Of a stretch of 64,000 bases of DNA, positions 18,458 through 27,962 are shown in pieces (positions within the stretch are counted from its first letter, which is position 1; each line of letters begins with the position of its first letter). Location: positions 33,284-97,283 of the IMG/VR virus record IMGVR_UViG_3300035208_007155; one strand, given 5' to 3'. This stretch comes from a virus. Lineage: Duplodnaviria > Caudoviricetes. The notes beneath the pieces were generated by a model. The model searched no databases, was not told the origin of the DNA, and saw only the letters and a program-made list of their open reading frames with translations. A program made the position numbers and the translations under genes.

Positions 18458-19477
18458 TTAAGATTTATCTGCCGCTTCGGCTGCCAGCAAGCATCCTCTG
18501 GCCACACTGTACAACGGGTCTTTTGGCTTAATGACGTTTCCAACATCCATTGGTAAATGAGATTTTTCTAAGATTTCTTTAAACAAATTCTCAAAACCTG
18601 TGGGCATTGCAGTTCCGCCAGAAATCACTATGTCTATAGGAGTATCACTTCTGGCTTTGTTGCCAACATCTTCTAAACCTTTTTTGATGCCATTAATTGT
18701 TTTTTGTACCATAATCTCATACTGGGACTTGATAGCCCGTTGTACCAGAGAATCCGAAGGTTGGCTTAAATCCAACTTCAACTTCTCCTTATTAATATAC
18801 GTAGGAGATTCGCCTGTAGCCTTAGCTGCTTGTTTATCAATCCAATCACCGGCATTAACAACGCTAAAAGAAAAAATTGGATTCCCAAACATAGCATAGC
18901 AAATATTACACATTCCTGCACCGAATGAAATTCCCATGCCAGTCCACTGCTTTTGTGCTAATTCAGCATAAATTAGTGCCAAGCCTTCATTTATTGGGAA
19001 TGATTTCACTTTGTAACCAGATTCATCTTGGAACGCTTTAAAAATGGCTTCAACAACTTTGGAGTGATAATCAGCATCTGTGTCTTCATTTAAAGCATTT
19101 GCCGGAACAGAATAATATAAAGTTTCATTTTGTCGAGATACATTACCCAGCAAACTATGCACCATAATATTCATAATTTGTTGAGCATGTTTTTCTTTGG
19201 GATTTAGACAACCATCTTTCATTGGTCGTTTAAGCTCAATCTGATTCATTGTATAAGCCATTTGAATTGCAGATTCACCTAAAGCATAAGCAATGCCAGC
19301 ATCTTTTCTTTCGACAAGAGGCACGCCCGCATCCTTCATCATATTAAACACAAATCGATTTTCATTTACGGGCATTTCTAAGAAAGCATTGACTTCTTTC
19401 TTGTAAACAAAATTGCCTTCTTTATCTCTTTGGCAAATAACCAAGTTATATGTGCCGATATCTGCTCCAATTGCCAT
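18458..19477 (-). CDS. Actin-like ATPase (volactin/MreB/FtsA superfamily)
   Basis: Phosphate-1 GADIGT, connect-1 INEGLA, phosphate-2 ISFGAGMCN, adenosine ISGGTA, connect-2 SVARG. Confidence 0.88.
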   Translation of the reverse strand: MAIGADIGTYNLVICQRDKEGNFVYKKEVNAFLEMPVNENRFVFNMMKDAGVPLVERKDAGIAYALGESAIQMAYTMNQIELKRPMKDGCLNPKEKHAQQIMNIMVHSLLGNVSRQNETLYYSVPANALNEDTDADYHSKVVEAIFKAFQDESGYKVKSFPINEGLALIYAELAQKQWTGMGISFGAGMCNICYAMFGNPIFSFSVVNAGDWIDKQAAKATGESPTYINKEKLKLDLSQPSDSLVQRAIKSQYEIMVQKTINGIKKGLEDVGNKARSDTPIDIVISGGTAMPTGFENLFKEILEKSHLPMDVGNVIKPKDPLYSVARGCLLAAEAADKS

Positions 19478-19687
19478 TTATTTCTCTTCCTTTCCAAATT
19501 TAAGTTTTTGCCCTGTTGTGAAATCAGGAATAGCCCAATCTATAGATTCATCAATCTTGTCATCAGAGGCTTTGACAGTAACACCATGTTCATTCACATT
19601 AATGTCCAATTGGATATTAATTTGAATTTTGCATTCTCCATCCTTGGTTATGACTTTAGCCTCTTGTTTTACAAGTTTCTGTACCAT
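19478..19687 (-). CDS. 69-aa protein directly upstream of the actin homolog
   Basis: GAGG RBS; its stop abuts the actin ATG. Confidence 0.7.
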   Translation of the reverse strand: MVQKLVKQEAKVITKDGECKIQINIQLDINVNEHGVTVKASDDKIDESIDWAIPDFTTGQKLKFGKEEK

Positions 19688-19717
19688 TGGACCTCTTTGT
19701 AATATAGTGTGTTATTG

Positions 19718-20707
19718 CTAAAAAATGACATGATTAGGCGGCCATCTTTTAAACATACGATCTATACCATCTACAATCATATTGACTGTAATTTCCGTTA
19801 AACAGGGCTTAAACATAATGTTTGATTTGGGGCAAATAGGATAATTATAACATGGCCCACAATCCCAATTGCCGTTATCTCTGTGTTTTTGAACTAATTC
19901 ATGTTTGTAATATTTGCCATACACCTTACCATCAGCAAAGGTGAATATTCCAAGCATTGGTTTTTGCAAGCCTCCCGACAAATGAAAGTGACTTGTATCT
20001 ACCGAAATGACGTAATCCACAGCATTGACCAGCCCAAATAATTTATGGACATTGCCATTGGTTTCAGTAATGGTGGGAACATCCATTTTTTGAAGCTGAG
20101 GAATGGTAGTTATGTGGCTTGCTATAACACAACAATTTCTAGACCTTAGGGCGGTAACCACCCCTTCCATTTGTTGATCTGTTAAATTTTTCATTTGCAT
20201 GGCAGAAACAGGACACAATAAAACAACAGGTCCGGTTTTTCTAAAATCTCGAACTAAATCCTGTCCATATTTCAAGCCTACTGGATCAATATTGATATGC
20301 ATGTTATGTTCTGTGAGTTCTACACCGCAGTGATTAGCCCAAATATCACTCCTGTGCAGCCCCGATAGGGGGGCCATGCTCATTTCATAACGAACACAAG
20401 CAGAAGTTGTATTGTATGAAACATTAAACTGAGATATATCTACCTTATTATTATCAACTAATTCATCAATATATGGATGATCTTTCAATGCATCAAAATA
20501 ACGAGGCGGCACGGCAAGTGTAATTTTTATGTTTGGGTCTATTTTTTTGAAGTCTTCAAACATCATCCGATGCATAAGAATGTCCCCTAATCCCCCCGCT
20601 GCTCGCAAAATTAGTATTTTGTCTTTGCGGTCATAGAAATCCCGCAAAGAAAGGGAGGCATTGGAGACAAATTTCTTGTTGCTTTTAAATAATACTTTTT
20701 TTACCAT
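19718..20707 (-). CDS. Glycosyltransferase family 9-like protein
   Basis: GGLGDILM and ISVDTSHFHLSG motifs; C-terminal CxPC...C...PC. Confidence 0.82.
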   Translation of the reverse strand: MVKKVLFKSNKKFVSNASLSLRDFYDRKDKILILRAAGGLGDILMHRMMFEDFKKIDPNIKITLAVPPRYFDALKDHPYIDELVDNNKVDISQFNVSYNTTSACVRYEMSMAPLSGLHRSDIWANHCGVELTEHNMHINIDPVGLKYGQDLVRDFRKTGPVVLLCPVSAMQMKNLTDQQMEGVVTALRSRNCCVIASHITTIPQLQKMDVPTITETNGNVHKLFGLVNAVDYVISVDTSHFHLSGGLQKPMLGIFTFADGKVYGKYYKHELVQKHRDNGNWDCGPCYNYPICPKSNIMFKPCLTEITVNMIVDGIDRMFKRWPPNHVIF

Positions 20708-20717
20708 AACTTAATAG

Positions 20718-20752
20718 AAAAAGGTCGTTTGATTTCTCAAACGACCTTTTTT
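20718..20752. terminator. Bidirectional intrinsic terminator
   Basis: AAAAAGGTCGTTTGA-TTTC-TCAAACGACCTTTTT, downstream of 20774..21367. Confidence 0.88.
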
Positions 20753-20773
20753 ATTTATTTATAGAACAACTAA

Positions 20774-21367
20774 TTAGCTGTTGCAAGGCGATTGAATTGA
20801 GCACAAAACCTCAACCGTAATCGATGCAGCACCCGATGCAGTGTTGTCACACTCAACTTTCCAAACTTTCAAATCACCAGCATTGAAAATTTGGCTTGTG
20901 GCTGGCTCCAATGTGAAGATTGCAGTGGCTACGCCATTGAGCTTCACACTAACAGCGGTGGCACCTGGATTGCTAATTTGCACAAAGGTGGCATATCCAC
21001 CAGCCCCGGTTGCTGTTAGAAGGTTTAATGAGTTAGCGGCATATGTAGAACCACCAGCACATACAATCGATCCAACATATGGGAATGTGTTTTCATCAGC
21101 AACGTCAGAAAATACGCTACCATCGTCAGTTGTGCATGTTAAAATAGCGTCTTCAAGGGATACTTGAGGATAGCAAAATCTCTTGTAGTAGTTGCAATCT
21201 TGGAATGTGTCACCATCCTTCAATTTGCGATTAATTTTGCCCGGACCCATAATATACACAGTACGCTGCTTGCTGGTAGCGACTTGTGTTCCAGCATGGG
21301 TAGCATCAAATTGCTTGTCCAAAAGACCTTGTGCTGAATTGTTCAAATTTACTGTAAAAAGACTCAT
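20774..21367 (-). CDS. Putative abundant virion structural protein
   Basis: Has its own CATATATAA motif, TAGGAG RBS and terminator; small-residue beta-rich composition. Confidence 0.55.
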   Translation of the reverse strand: MSLFTVNLNNSAQGLLDKQFDATHAGTQVATSKQRTVYIMGPGKINRKLKDGDTFQDCNYYKRFCYPQVSLEDAILTCTTDDGSVFSDVADENTFPYVGSIVCAGGSTYAANSLNLLTATGAGGYATFVQISNPGATAVSVKLNGVATAIFTLEPATSQIFNAGDLKVWKVECDNTASGAASITVEVLCSIQSPCNS

Positions 21368-21429
21368 GAGAATTATCTCCTAAAAAAAATATTGTAATGC
21401 AGTTTCAAAGTTATATATGCTTGACATCA

Positions 21430-22029
21430 TTAAAATATTTCACCACTTGGAAATAACCTCTTGTAGAGTTCCGTCCCCAACCCAGTTGGCACAAGGGTGG
21501 TTTTGACGCCTTGTATAGCTGCCACAAACAATTGTTCATTTTCCGTTCCTACAACCCAATCCGCTTCAGATACATTCTCGGACACAGAGAATCCTTTGCT
21601 GATTACCCATTTTATTAATTTGTCTACATCAGGCATGGATTTTGTGGGCAAATTGGCTTTAGTGCAGATTGCACATATTTTTTTTGTAATGTTTTTTGTT
21701 TGTGGTGGCTCCAAAAACTTTAGCGTTAGTTTTGATTCTTGTATCCATTGCCATACTGGATGTGTTTCCAAATCACATCGCAGTTCCCTTAAATAAGCCA
21801 CTTCTTTTTTTCTGTCCCCTATTTCCGATGCAAAAATTATCTTGGTATTATCAGGAATAAAACATCGGCAATCATCACTGCAAGAAATATAAAGTTCTAA
21901 GCCGGGCAATTCCTTTTCGATTGCTGAGCGTAAATATAAGAGTTGCAAAACATATTCCCTACAGGGTCCATAATATGCTACACAATACCTGTTTTTGATT
22001 TTGCTATAAGAAGGAAATGCAAGTGCCAT
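21430..22029 (-). CDS. Degenerate GT-B-like hypothetical protein
   Basis: Likely start MALAFPSY; ADWVVGTENEQLFVAAIQGVKT resembles a GT-B donor loop. Confidence 0.45.
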   Translation of the reverse strand: MALAFPSYSKIKNRYCVAYYGPCREYVLQLLYLRSAIEKELPGLELYISCSDDCRCFIPDNTKIIFASEIGDRKKEVAYLRELRCDLETHPVWQWIQESKLTLKFLEPPQTKNITKKICAICTKANLPTKSMPDVDKLIKWVISKGFSVSENVSEADWVVGTENEQLFVAAIQGVKTTLVPTGLGTELYKRLFPSGEIF

Positions 22030-22166
22030 GACAAATAATGATTGTTTAGAAATTAAAGATACTATAAACGCTTTTACAGCACAATTTGGCAAACTAGATA
22101 CTCATACAATGCTGGCATTGGAAGTATTGTTTAATTTAATCTATTTGAGTAATAAGAAAGAAAATA

Positions 22167-22610
22167 ATGGGAAAAATATACCTTTATCTGGGCAAGCGAG
22201 ACAAAAAAGGAATTAAAGTATTGACAGTTTTTCCTGGCAAAGAATTAAGCCGAGCAAAAGTTGATAATATTAAATCCTTACATCTACCACCAGACATAGA
22301 GCTTGCATTGCAAAAAACCATTCAAGAACATCGATTTTTATGGGAAATATGGATTGAAGAAGCTGCTGATTTTAATGATTTGAAAACCAAGTTAGAAAAA
22401 AGAGGATACAGAAATATACCCATTCATGCAGAGCAATTAAATCCATTGAAGCAATTCTATAACACTACAAAAACAGCCCCTCAGCCTGATATTTCTGCAC
22501 TTAGAAGTAAAAGCAGAACAATGCTCGAAAGAAATAGTAAAAAGAATTTAACGTCTTCGAATGCAAACTTTGGGAATAGAAAAAGAACCACTGGTGGTTT
22601 CAATCACTAA
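22167..22610 (+). CDS. Hypothetical protein
   Basis: 147-aa ORF filling the gap between minus-strand genes. Confidence 0.6.
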   Translation: MGKIYLYLGKRDKKGIKVLTVFPGKELSRAKVDNIKSLHLPPDIELALQKTIQEHRFLWEIWIEEAADFNDLKTKLEKRGYRNIPIHAEQLNPLKQFYNTTKTAPQPDISALRSKSRTMLERNSKKNLTSSNANFGNRKRTTGGFNH

Positions 22611-22835
22611 GTGTTTGCCATCAATATCAATAATTTTGCCACCTGTCTTGACAAAATCTTTTACCAATTCTTCTAAATTGCCTTCTCGGACACACATCTT
22701 GGGGGCTAATTTACTTTTTGGAATACCTGAATCAACAGTTGCCCCAATGACATATGATGAGGGAAGATTAGTAGCAAATCCTGTTTGTTGTTTCATCCAG
22801 CGTTTAAAATCATCAAGAGAAAATATGTTATCCAT
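22548..22835 (-). CDS. Hypothetical protein
   Basis: 95 aa, coupled to the upstream gene; FKRWM near the N-terminus. Confidence 0.65.
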   Translation of the reverse strand: MDNIFSLDDFKRWMKQQTGFATNLPSSYVIGATVDSGIPKSKLAPKMCVREGNLEELVKDFVKTGGKIIDIDGKHLVIETTSGSFSIPKVCIRRR

Positions 22836-23691
22836 CCTTAAAAAACTCCACTAATTGTTCTGGTTTTATATATGTGGAATGGTTCAAATTTTTTCCACTA
22901 GAACAATTTACCACTTCAATGCCTGCTTTTTGCAACCAAAACAAGTTTCCATCTATAACGTTTTGAGAGACAATTTGCTGCGGATAAGTCCATAGTCCGT
23001 TTTCCAATTGTTGGCTTGCAGGTCTGGGTTTTTCAAATGAGTCATCACAACAAAACAGGGCCAGTTTACGCACGCCCATGCGATACGCCAATCCAATAGC
23101 CGCACAGATAGGATTGCGATAATCATCTATTGAGAAATCAGCCGTATTAGATATTCCTGAATATCGCACATCGTTGACTGGATAATATAAAGTTGTGCTA
23201 CCTTTATATTTTTCTATAAATTCTGTATTAGTTCTGCTGGAGGCAATACACAATGGATAGTAGGCATGTTTTGATGGCAAAAATCTTCCGCACTCAGGAT
23301 ATGGGTTATTGACAACATACCAAGTAATTGCTCTTTGTAATTCAATGGGACAACTTTTGCCCACAAGTTGCCAATTTGCTAATGCTCCATTAGTGGCAAA
23401 AATAGCCACGTCCTTAAAAGGTAGCTGAGCTAAAACCTTTTGCTTTTCGGCAAAGTCATACCCATCAGATATTATCACTGCTTTGGTAACTGTAGATGTG
23501 ATCTCTATGGGCTGTAATTTCTTTTTTAGATTCTTAAATTCATTATTTAAGAATGTGTTATAAGAGGATGTAGACAAACCATAATTTAAGTCCAAAGGAT
23601 TAGATTCTATAGCAAAATTACGCACCCAAATATTATCTTCTGTAAGATAGTATTCATTTGTGTGGGTCTTCTTAATTCTTCGTGGAGGCAT
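22828..23691 (-). CDS. Maf/DUF115-like (glycosyltransferase-type Rossmann) protein, degenerate
   Basis: AVIISDG, IFATNGAL, AIGLAYRMGVRKLALFCCD, VVNCS. Confidence 0.55.
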   Translation of the reverse strand: MPPRRIKKTHTNEYYLTEDNIWVRNFAIESNPLDLNYGLSTSSYNTFLNNEFKNLKKKLQPIEITSTVTKAVIISDGYDFAEKQKVLAQLPFKDVAIFATNGALANWQLVGKSCPIELQRAITWYVVNNPYPECGRFLPSKHAYYPLCIASSRTNTEFIEKYKGSTTLYYPVNDVRYSGISNTADFSIDDYRNPICAAIGLAYRMGVRKLALFCCDDSFEKPRPASQQLENGLWTYPQQIVSQNVIDGNLFWLQKAGIEVVNCSSGKNLNHSTYIKPEQLVEFFKDG

Positions 23692-23710
23692 GTAATAGAT
23701 TAGTAAAAAA

Positions 23711-25657
23711 CTATCTCTTTGGACAGGGAATTATCGCAAAGCAAGGCGGATCATCAGCATCAGAGTCAGCTAATTTCCCAAGATCAAAATGCACTGGAAT
23801 AGGTCCACCCCTGTATACAAGTGGTACTTCGAGATTTTCTGGAATCTTTAAATAAATTTCACTGGGCAATTGTCCCTTTAATTCAATTGCAGAAGGGATG
23901 CCAGTTACTTGAATAGTGTCAGGAATATCTGATGCGTCTATCATAATAATTGATGGCAAATTCATTGGTTGTAAAGCAATAGTCGTAGGCAAGGCTGAGC
24001 TATCAATTTTAATTACTTGTGGCAACTCTTTTGCGTCCAATCTAATAGAATCTGGTATATTCCCAATAATCTTGATTTCTGTGGGTAGCGGTATTTCTGG
24101 TCCTTGTATATTGATAGTTCTGGGAAGATTTGGAGAAACCACTTCAATTACTTGGGGCAAATCATGTTGAAGCGTTATTTGTTTAAATTCCGGCACCATT
24201 ATTTTAATTTCCGTGGGTATGCCCAGGGCTTGAGGTGTTGGTATTGTAATAACTGGATTGTCTTCAAATGTGTCTAAATTAGCAGCAAATGGTACTGCTA
24301 CCTTTGTGGGAGCAAAGGCAGCAGGAGCAACACAAGACACCTTGATCGTACAATCACACGCTCCCCAATTTACATTAATAGTCGGTGTAGTGCCCCAATC
24401 AACGCTTATGGGGTTAATTGGGGGAACAATCAGCGAGATATTTGAGATTGGTGGAATAATCAGCGAGGGATTTATTATGCTGATTGTGGGAACACTAATG
24501 GAAATCGTGGGGAAGCTAATGGAAGCAAACGAAATCGTAGGGAAGCTAATGGAAGCAAACGAAATCGTGGGGAAGCTAATGGAAGCAAACGAAATCGTGG
24601 GGAAGCTAATGGAAGCAAACGAAATCGTGGGGAAGCTAATGGAAGCAAACGAAATCGTGGGGAAGCTAATGGAAGCAAACGACACTGTTGGAAATTCAAC
24701 CGAAGCAAATGAAATAACAGATGGAATAAAACATGATATAATTGAAATAGGACAAATCTCTACACTTATGCTCACGTTGATTGGGGGCATAGAAAAAGAA
24801 AAAGCAGGAATAGAAATAGCAGGCATAGAAATGCAAATACTTGGCAAAATAATTTGCGGGAACGTAAGTGTGAGACTTGGTAATTCAAATGAGGGAATGT
24901 TGATAGGTGGCAATTCAGGAATTACACACAAAGGAATGCTAAAAGGTGTTGTTGGAGGAATGTCCAAATAACCACCTGTGGTTCGATCTGCGGGTGTTTG
25001 AATTGTTAGGCAAGAATCACTTTCTATTGCTACAATTGGATCAATGTTAGCATTGGGCGGATAAGTATGCGTTCCTGTTAGGCTTGTTGATGTACTGCCA
25101 TCACCAAAGTTTATTGTAACTGTGGTGTAATTTCCAGCAACATCTACTGTATAAGTTGCTTGTGTTTCGCCACACACCACGGCAGGTGCTATATCGAACA
25201 TTAAAGTAACGTTTGCACAGTTGAAGTCATCAACACAAACGGCCTCATTTTCCAACAACTCCAGATCAGCATTGAGGTCTAGTAGGAAGCTCTCAAGACT
25301 CATTATGGCATCTACTAGTTGATTATGATGCTCGGCTATTACATAGCTTCTCACCCATGTGCCAGCAGCATTGAATCTGGTTTGGTTTCCTCCGATATTC
25401 CGAGCACAACCTTTTAATTTTATTACTTTGCCATCAATATCTTTGCCTACTGAATCATAATAAAAAAGCTCCCCAGAAATGTTGCCATATCCATTATCGG
25501 CCCATATTTCATTTGATGTTATTGCATCTATTTCTATTTCCTCGGCCCAGGGTTGATTATCAACAGACAGCTTTGTTTCTGTGGTGTTGTACACCAAGAA
25601 CAAGGTTCTGTCGGAATCTAATTTGATCGGATATACAGGAACAGGAGGAAATGCCAT
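23711..25657 (-). CDS. PKD-domain tail/baseplate-associated protein with Ile/Pro/Ser repeats
   Basis: INFGDG...HTY PKD motif; 10-aa repeats; N-domain shared with the next two genes. Confidence 0.7.
   Translation of the reverse strand: MAFPPVPVYPIKLDSDRTLFLVYNTTETKLSVDNQPWAEEIEIDAITSNEIWADNGYGNISGELFYYDSVGKDIDGKVIKLKGCARNIGGNQTRFNAAGTWVRSYVIAEHHNQLVDAIMSLESFLLDLNADLELLENEAVCVDDFNCANVTLMFDIAPAVVCGETQATYTVDVAGNYTTVTINFGDGSTSTSLTGTHTYPPNANIDPIVAIESDSCLTIQTPADRTTGGYLDIPPTTPFSIPLCVIPELPPINIPSFELPSLTLTFPQIILPSICISMPAISIPAFSFSMPPINVSISVEICPISIISCFIPSVISFASVEFPTVSFASISFPTISFASISFPTISFASISFPTISFASISFPTISFASISFPTISFASISFPTISISVPTISIINPSLIIPPISNISLIVPPINPISVDWGTTPTINVNWGACDCTIKVSCVAPAAFAPTKVAVPFAANLDTFEDNPVITIPTPQALGIPTEIKIMVPEFKQITLQHDLPQVIEVVSPNLPRTINIQGPEIPLPTEIKIIGNIPDSIRLDAKELPQVIKIDSSALPTTIALQPMNLPSIIMIDASDIPDTIQVTGIPSAIELKGQLPSEIYLKIPENLEVPLVYRGGPIPVHFDLGKLADSDADDPPCFAIIPCPKR
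24501..24680. repeat. 6 x 30-bp tandem repeat (ISFASISFPT)
   Basis: Unit GAAATCGTGGGGAAGCTAATGGAAGCAAAC, one substitution in copy 2; degenerate flanking copies. Confidence 0.95.
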
Positions 25658-25661
25658 ATTA

Positions 25662-27962
25662 TTAGTACATACCCATTAAAAATTGAGTTTTTGCTACATC
25701 CCATCCAGGTCTTGGCCCAATATTATAAAAAGCCAAGTCTAGACTGCTGAATTTTGTAAAAGCATAAGGGCTATAATCATAACTTAAATAGGCTTGACGA
25801 TCTCCGTCTGTCGTAGCCAAAAGTGTGTTTGTAAAATTTCCAAATTCAGTAACAGAAGTATCTTGTAGGGATCGGAAGGTAGCTGATGTGGCACTCGCAC
25901 CTCCTGTTTCCCATGTATTAGAACTTGTGTTATATGCTGAAATATTTCCGCTATTATTAAAGAAAAACAAGCCATCAGATAATGCCACCAATTGTCCTTC
26001 TGTTTTAACAGGACCAGTCATATCAGTAAGTTTGGTGATTGTTTGAAATTCATTGCCAAGGGTGCCTTCTGTTTTGTAGAAACTATTTAACCTAAAATAA
26101 GCACCCACACTTCCATTTCTGATAAAGTAGCCAGCACTATCCTTCCAAGCGGATCGATAAACAGCAAAATAGCCATTATCGGGAACACCCATTGCAGTAT
26201 AATGAGACGCATATTCTATTAAATCCTGGGCACCATTTGTATAATTGGATAGCGTCAAAGCATTTTGTGCATAAGTACGAGTAAGAAGGTCATAATCGGT
26301 TTTTGTTTGACCAGAGTAATTGTGAAAAGGCACAGTTCCTTGATTATAATCTGCCCCAAATACAAAATAGCTTTTCGTAGGAGAGTTTAAATTAACCCAA
26401 TTCCAAGATTGACAAATAGGAAGTTGAGCAGCGTAGGTGTCAGCAAATCCATTAAATTCAATTATTTTGATTTCATGATCTGTTGCGAAAGTACCAGGAG
26501 GTGGTGTGGCACATCCTTGGCTTGCCCAATAAATATTAGCCGATCCAGCAGACCCTGAAGGAGTGGTATTCGTTGGATTGAATCCAATATTTCGCCTGAA
26601 TTCCGTTTTGGCTTGCCATTCATTGTTGCTGCCGTCCAAAAAGGTTTCGCTTCTTATAACGTCGAAAGTATTTGTGCCAGTTTTGAATGTTTCGCTAAGT
26701 AACCCAAATTCATTGGCTGTGGCATTTCCGCTCTTGGTCAAATAATTTAATGGAGCATAACTAGAATAAGTTATATGATCTGAATCCATTGTCCATAACC
26801 AAATATTTTGGCTTTCTACCATGTCAATACAATTGTTGTATTTGGTAATTCTATAAGCTCCGCAAGTAGTATCTGTTCTTAAAATTAAATCATAAATACC
26901 ACCTATGCTGTAGAGAGCTTGAGCACCACTTTGGCTGGAGTGCGTTAAATCATCTCCTAAAGACCATGTATATTCTTCAATTGGGTCTATGGGTGTAGTA
27001 CCAATAACTTCTTCTCCCGCATATGTTTTGCCAGTAGCTGGATTAACACCAGTAGGAATCGCCATTGTCACTAAAGTATCTGTTGCTGATCTAATTGTTG
27101 GCGATGTTGTATAGGGACCGCCTGTTGGCACACCCGCTGTTACTATCTGCCCCGCAGCAGCCACAAAATCAATAATTGCCTCATCAGGAGCAGCTATACG
27201 GGCATTAATAAAGTTTGGCAATATTACTGTATTTGAACCATAGGCATTACTGACAGTAAGAGTGACATCAAAGTGCGATGGTGTTAAATAGGTGTGTGAA
27301 ATATACTTATCGGTAGTTACAGATATATCAGATATATTAGAAATTCCCGACACATGGGAAATTCCACCATCACCAAAATCCCAAGTATATACAACAGCAC
27401 CATCTCCTAAACGAAAACTTTCGTCATGAAACACAACGGTAAAAGGCGTCAATCCTATTGTCCGATTAGCAGAAAACCAAGCTTTTGGCGTGAAAACTAG
27501 TTTCAGCAAAAAATTTAATCTACCCACAATAGTTTCGCCAAAAGGAGTAGCATCTGTAGTGCCTTTTACACCCACAAAAGTTTCTACTGCAATAATGGCA
27601 TTTTTTATAACATTGTGGTGCCGATCCATTACATTCATCGTAATGTTGGTGAAATTCTTTGGTTTTAAGACATTGGTAAATTCTGGCAATATTTCCAAAT
27701 CATTAAAAGTAGTGTCTGTTCTTGATCCATAATAAAAAGAAATAGCTCGTTCATCAATATCGCTGCACTGCTCAGTAAGGGTAATCACACCAGTTGGTGG
27801 GAAAAAAACTATTACACCACTATTGTCATATATTGAAATACTGGTATCCCCTGGTTTGTAGTCCTCTGCTAATGTTACTCGCAAAGAGTCATGAACCAAA
27901 TATAAATTGGTGTCATTATCTAGAGATGTGGGAAAACTACTTGTTACACTTGGTATAGACAT
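25662..27962 (-). CDS. PKD-domain putative tail fibre/receptor-binding protein
   Basis: YTWDFGDG and YTWSLGD PKD motifs; aromatic beta-rich C-terminal domain. Confidence 0.7.
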   Translation of the reverse strand: MSIPSVTSSFPTSLDNDTNLYLVHDSLRVTLAEDYKPGDTSISIYDNSGVIVFFPPTGVITLTEQCSDIDERAISFYYGSRTDTTFNDLEILPEFTNVLKPKNFTNITMNVMDRHHNVIKNAIIAVETFVGVKGTTDATPFGETIVGRLNFLLKLVFTPKAWFSANRTIGLTPFTVVFHDESFRLGDGAVVYTWDFGDGGISHVSGISNISDISVTTDKYISHTYLTPSHFDVTLTVSNAYGSNTVILPNFINARIAAPDEAIIDFVAAAGQIVTAGVPTGGPYTTSPTIRSATDTLVTMAIPTGVNPATGKTYAGEEVIGTTPIDPIEEYTWSLGDDLTHSSQSGAQALYSIGGIYDLILRTDTTCGAYRITKYNNCIDMVESQNIWLWTMDSDHITYSSYAPLNYLTKSGNATANEFGLLSETFKTGTNTFDVIRSETFLDGSNNEWQAKTEFRRNIGFNPTNTTPSGSAGSANIYWASQGCATPPPGTFATDHEIKIIEFNGFADTYAAQLPICQSWNWVNLNSPTKSYFVFGADYNQGTVPFHNYSGQTKTDYDLLTRTYAQNALTLSNYTNGAQDLIEYASHYTAMGVPDNGYFAVYRSAWKDSAGYFIRNGSVGAYFRLNSFYKTEGTLGNEFQTITKLTDMTGPVKTEGQLVALSDGLFFFNNSGNISAYNTSSNTWETGGASATSATFRSLQDTSVTEFGNFTNTLLATTDGDRQAYLSYDYSPYAFTKFSSLDLAFYNIGPRPGWDVAKTQFLMGMY

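Noticed and set aside
22028-22216. 62-aa plus-strand ORF sharing CATG with a divergent gene
   Set aside because: It overlaps the next gene by 50 nt and has no RBS or motif, so it cannot be supported.
24501-24680. 30-bp repeats as a CRISPR array
   Set aside because: The units are directly adjacent with no spacers and lie in frame within a CDS; the same applies to the 21-bp array at 16196.
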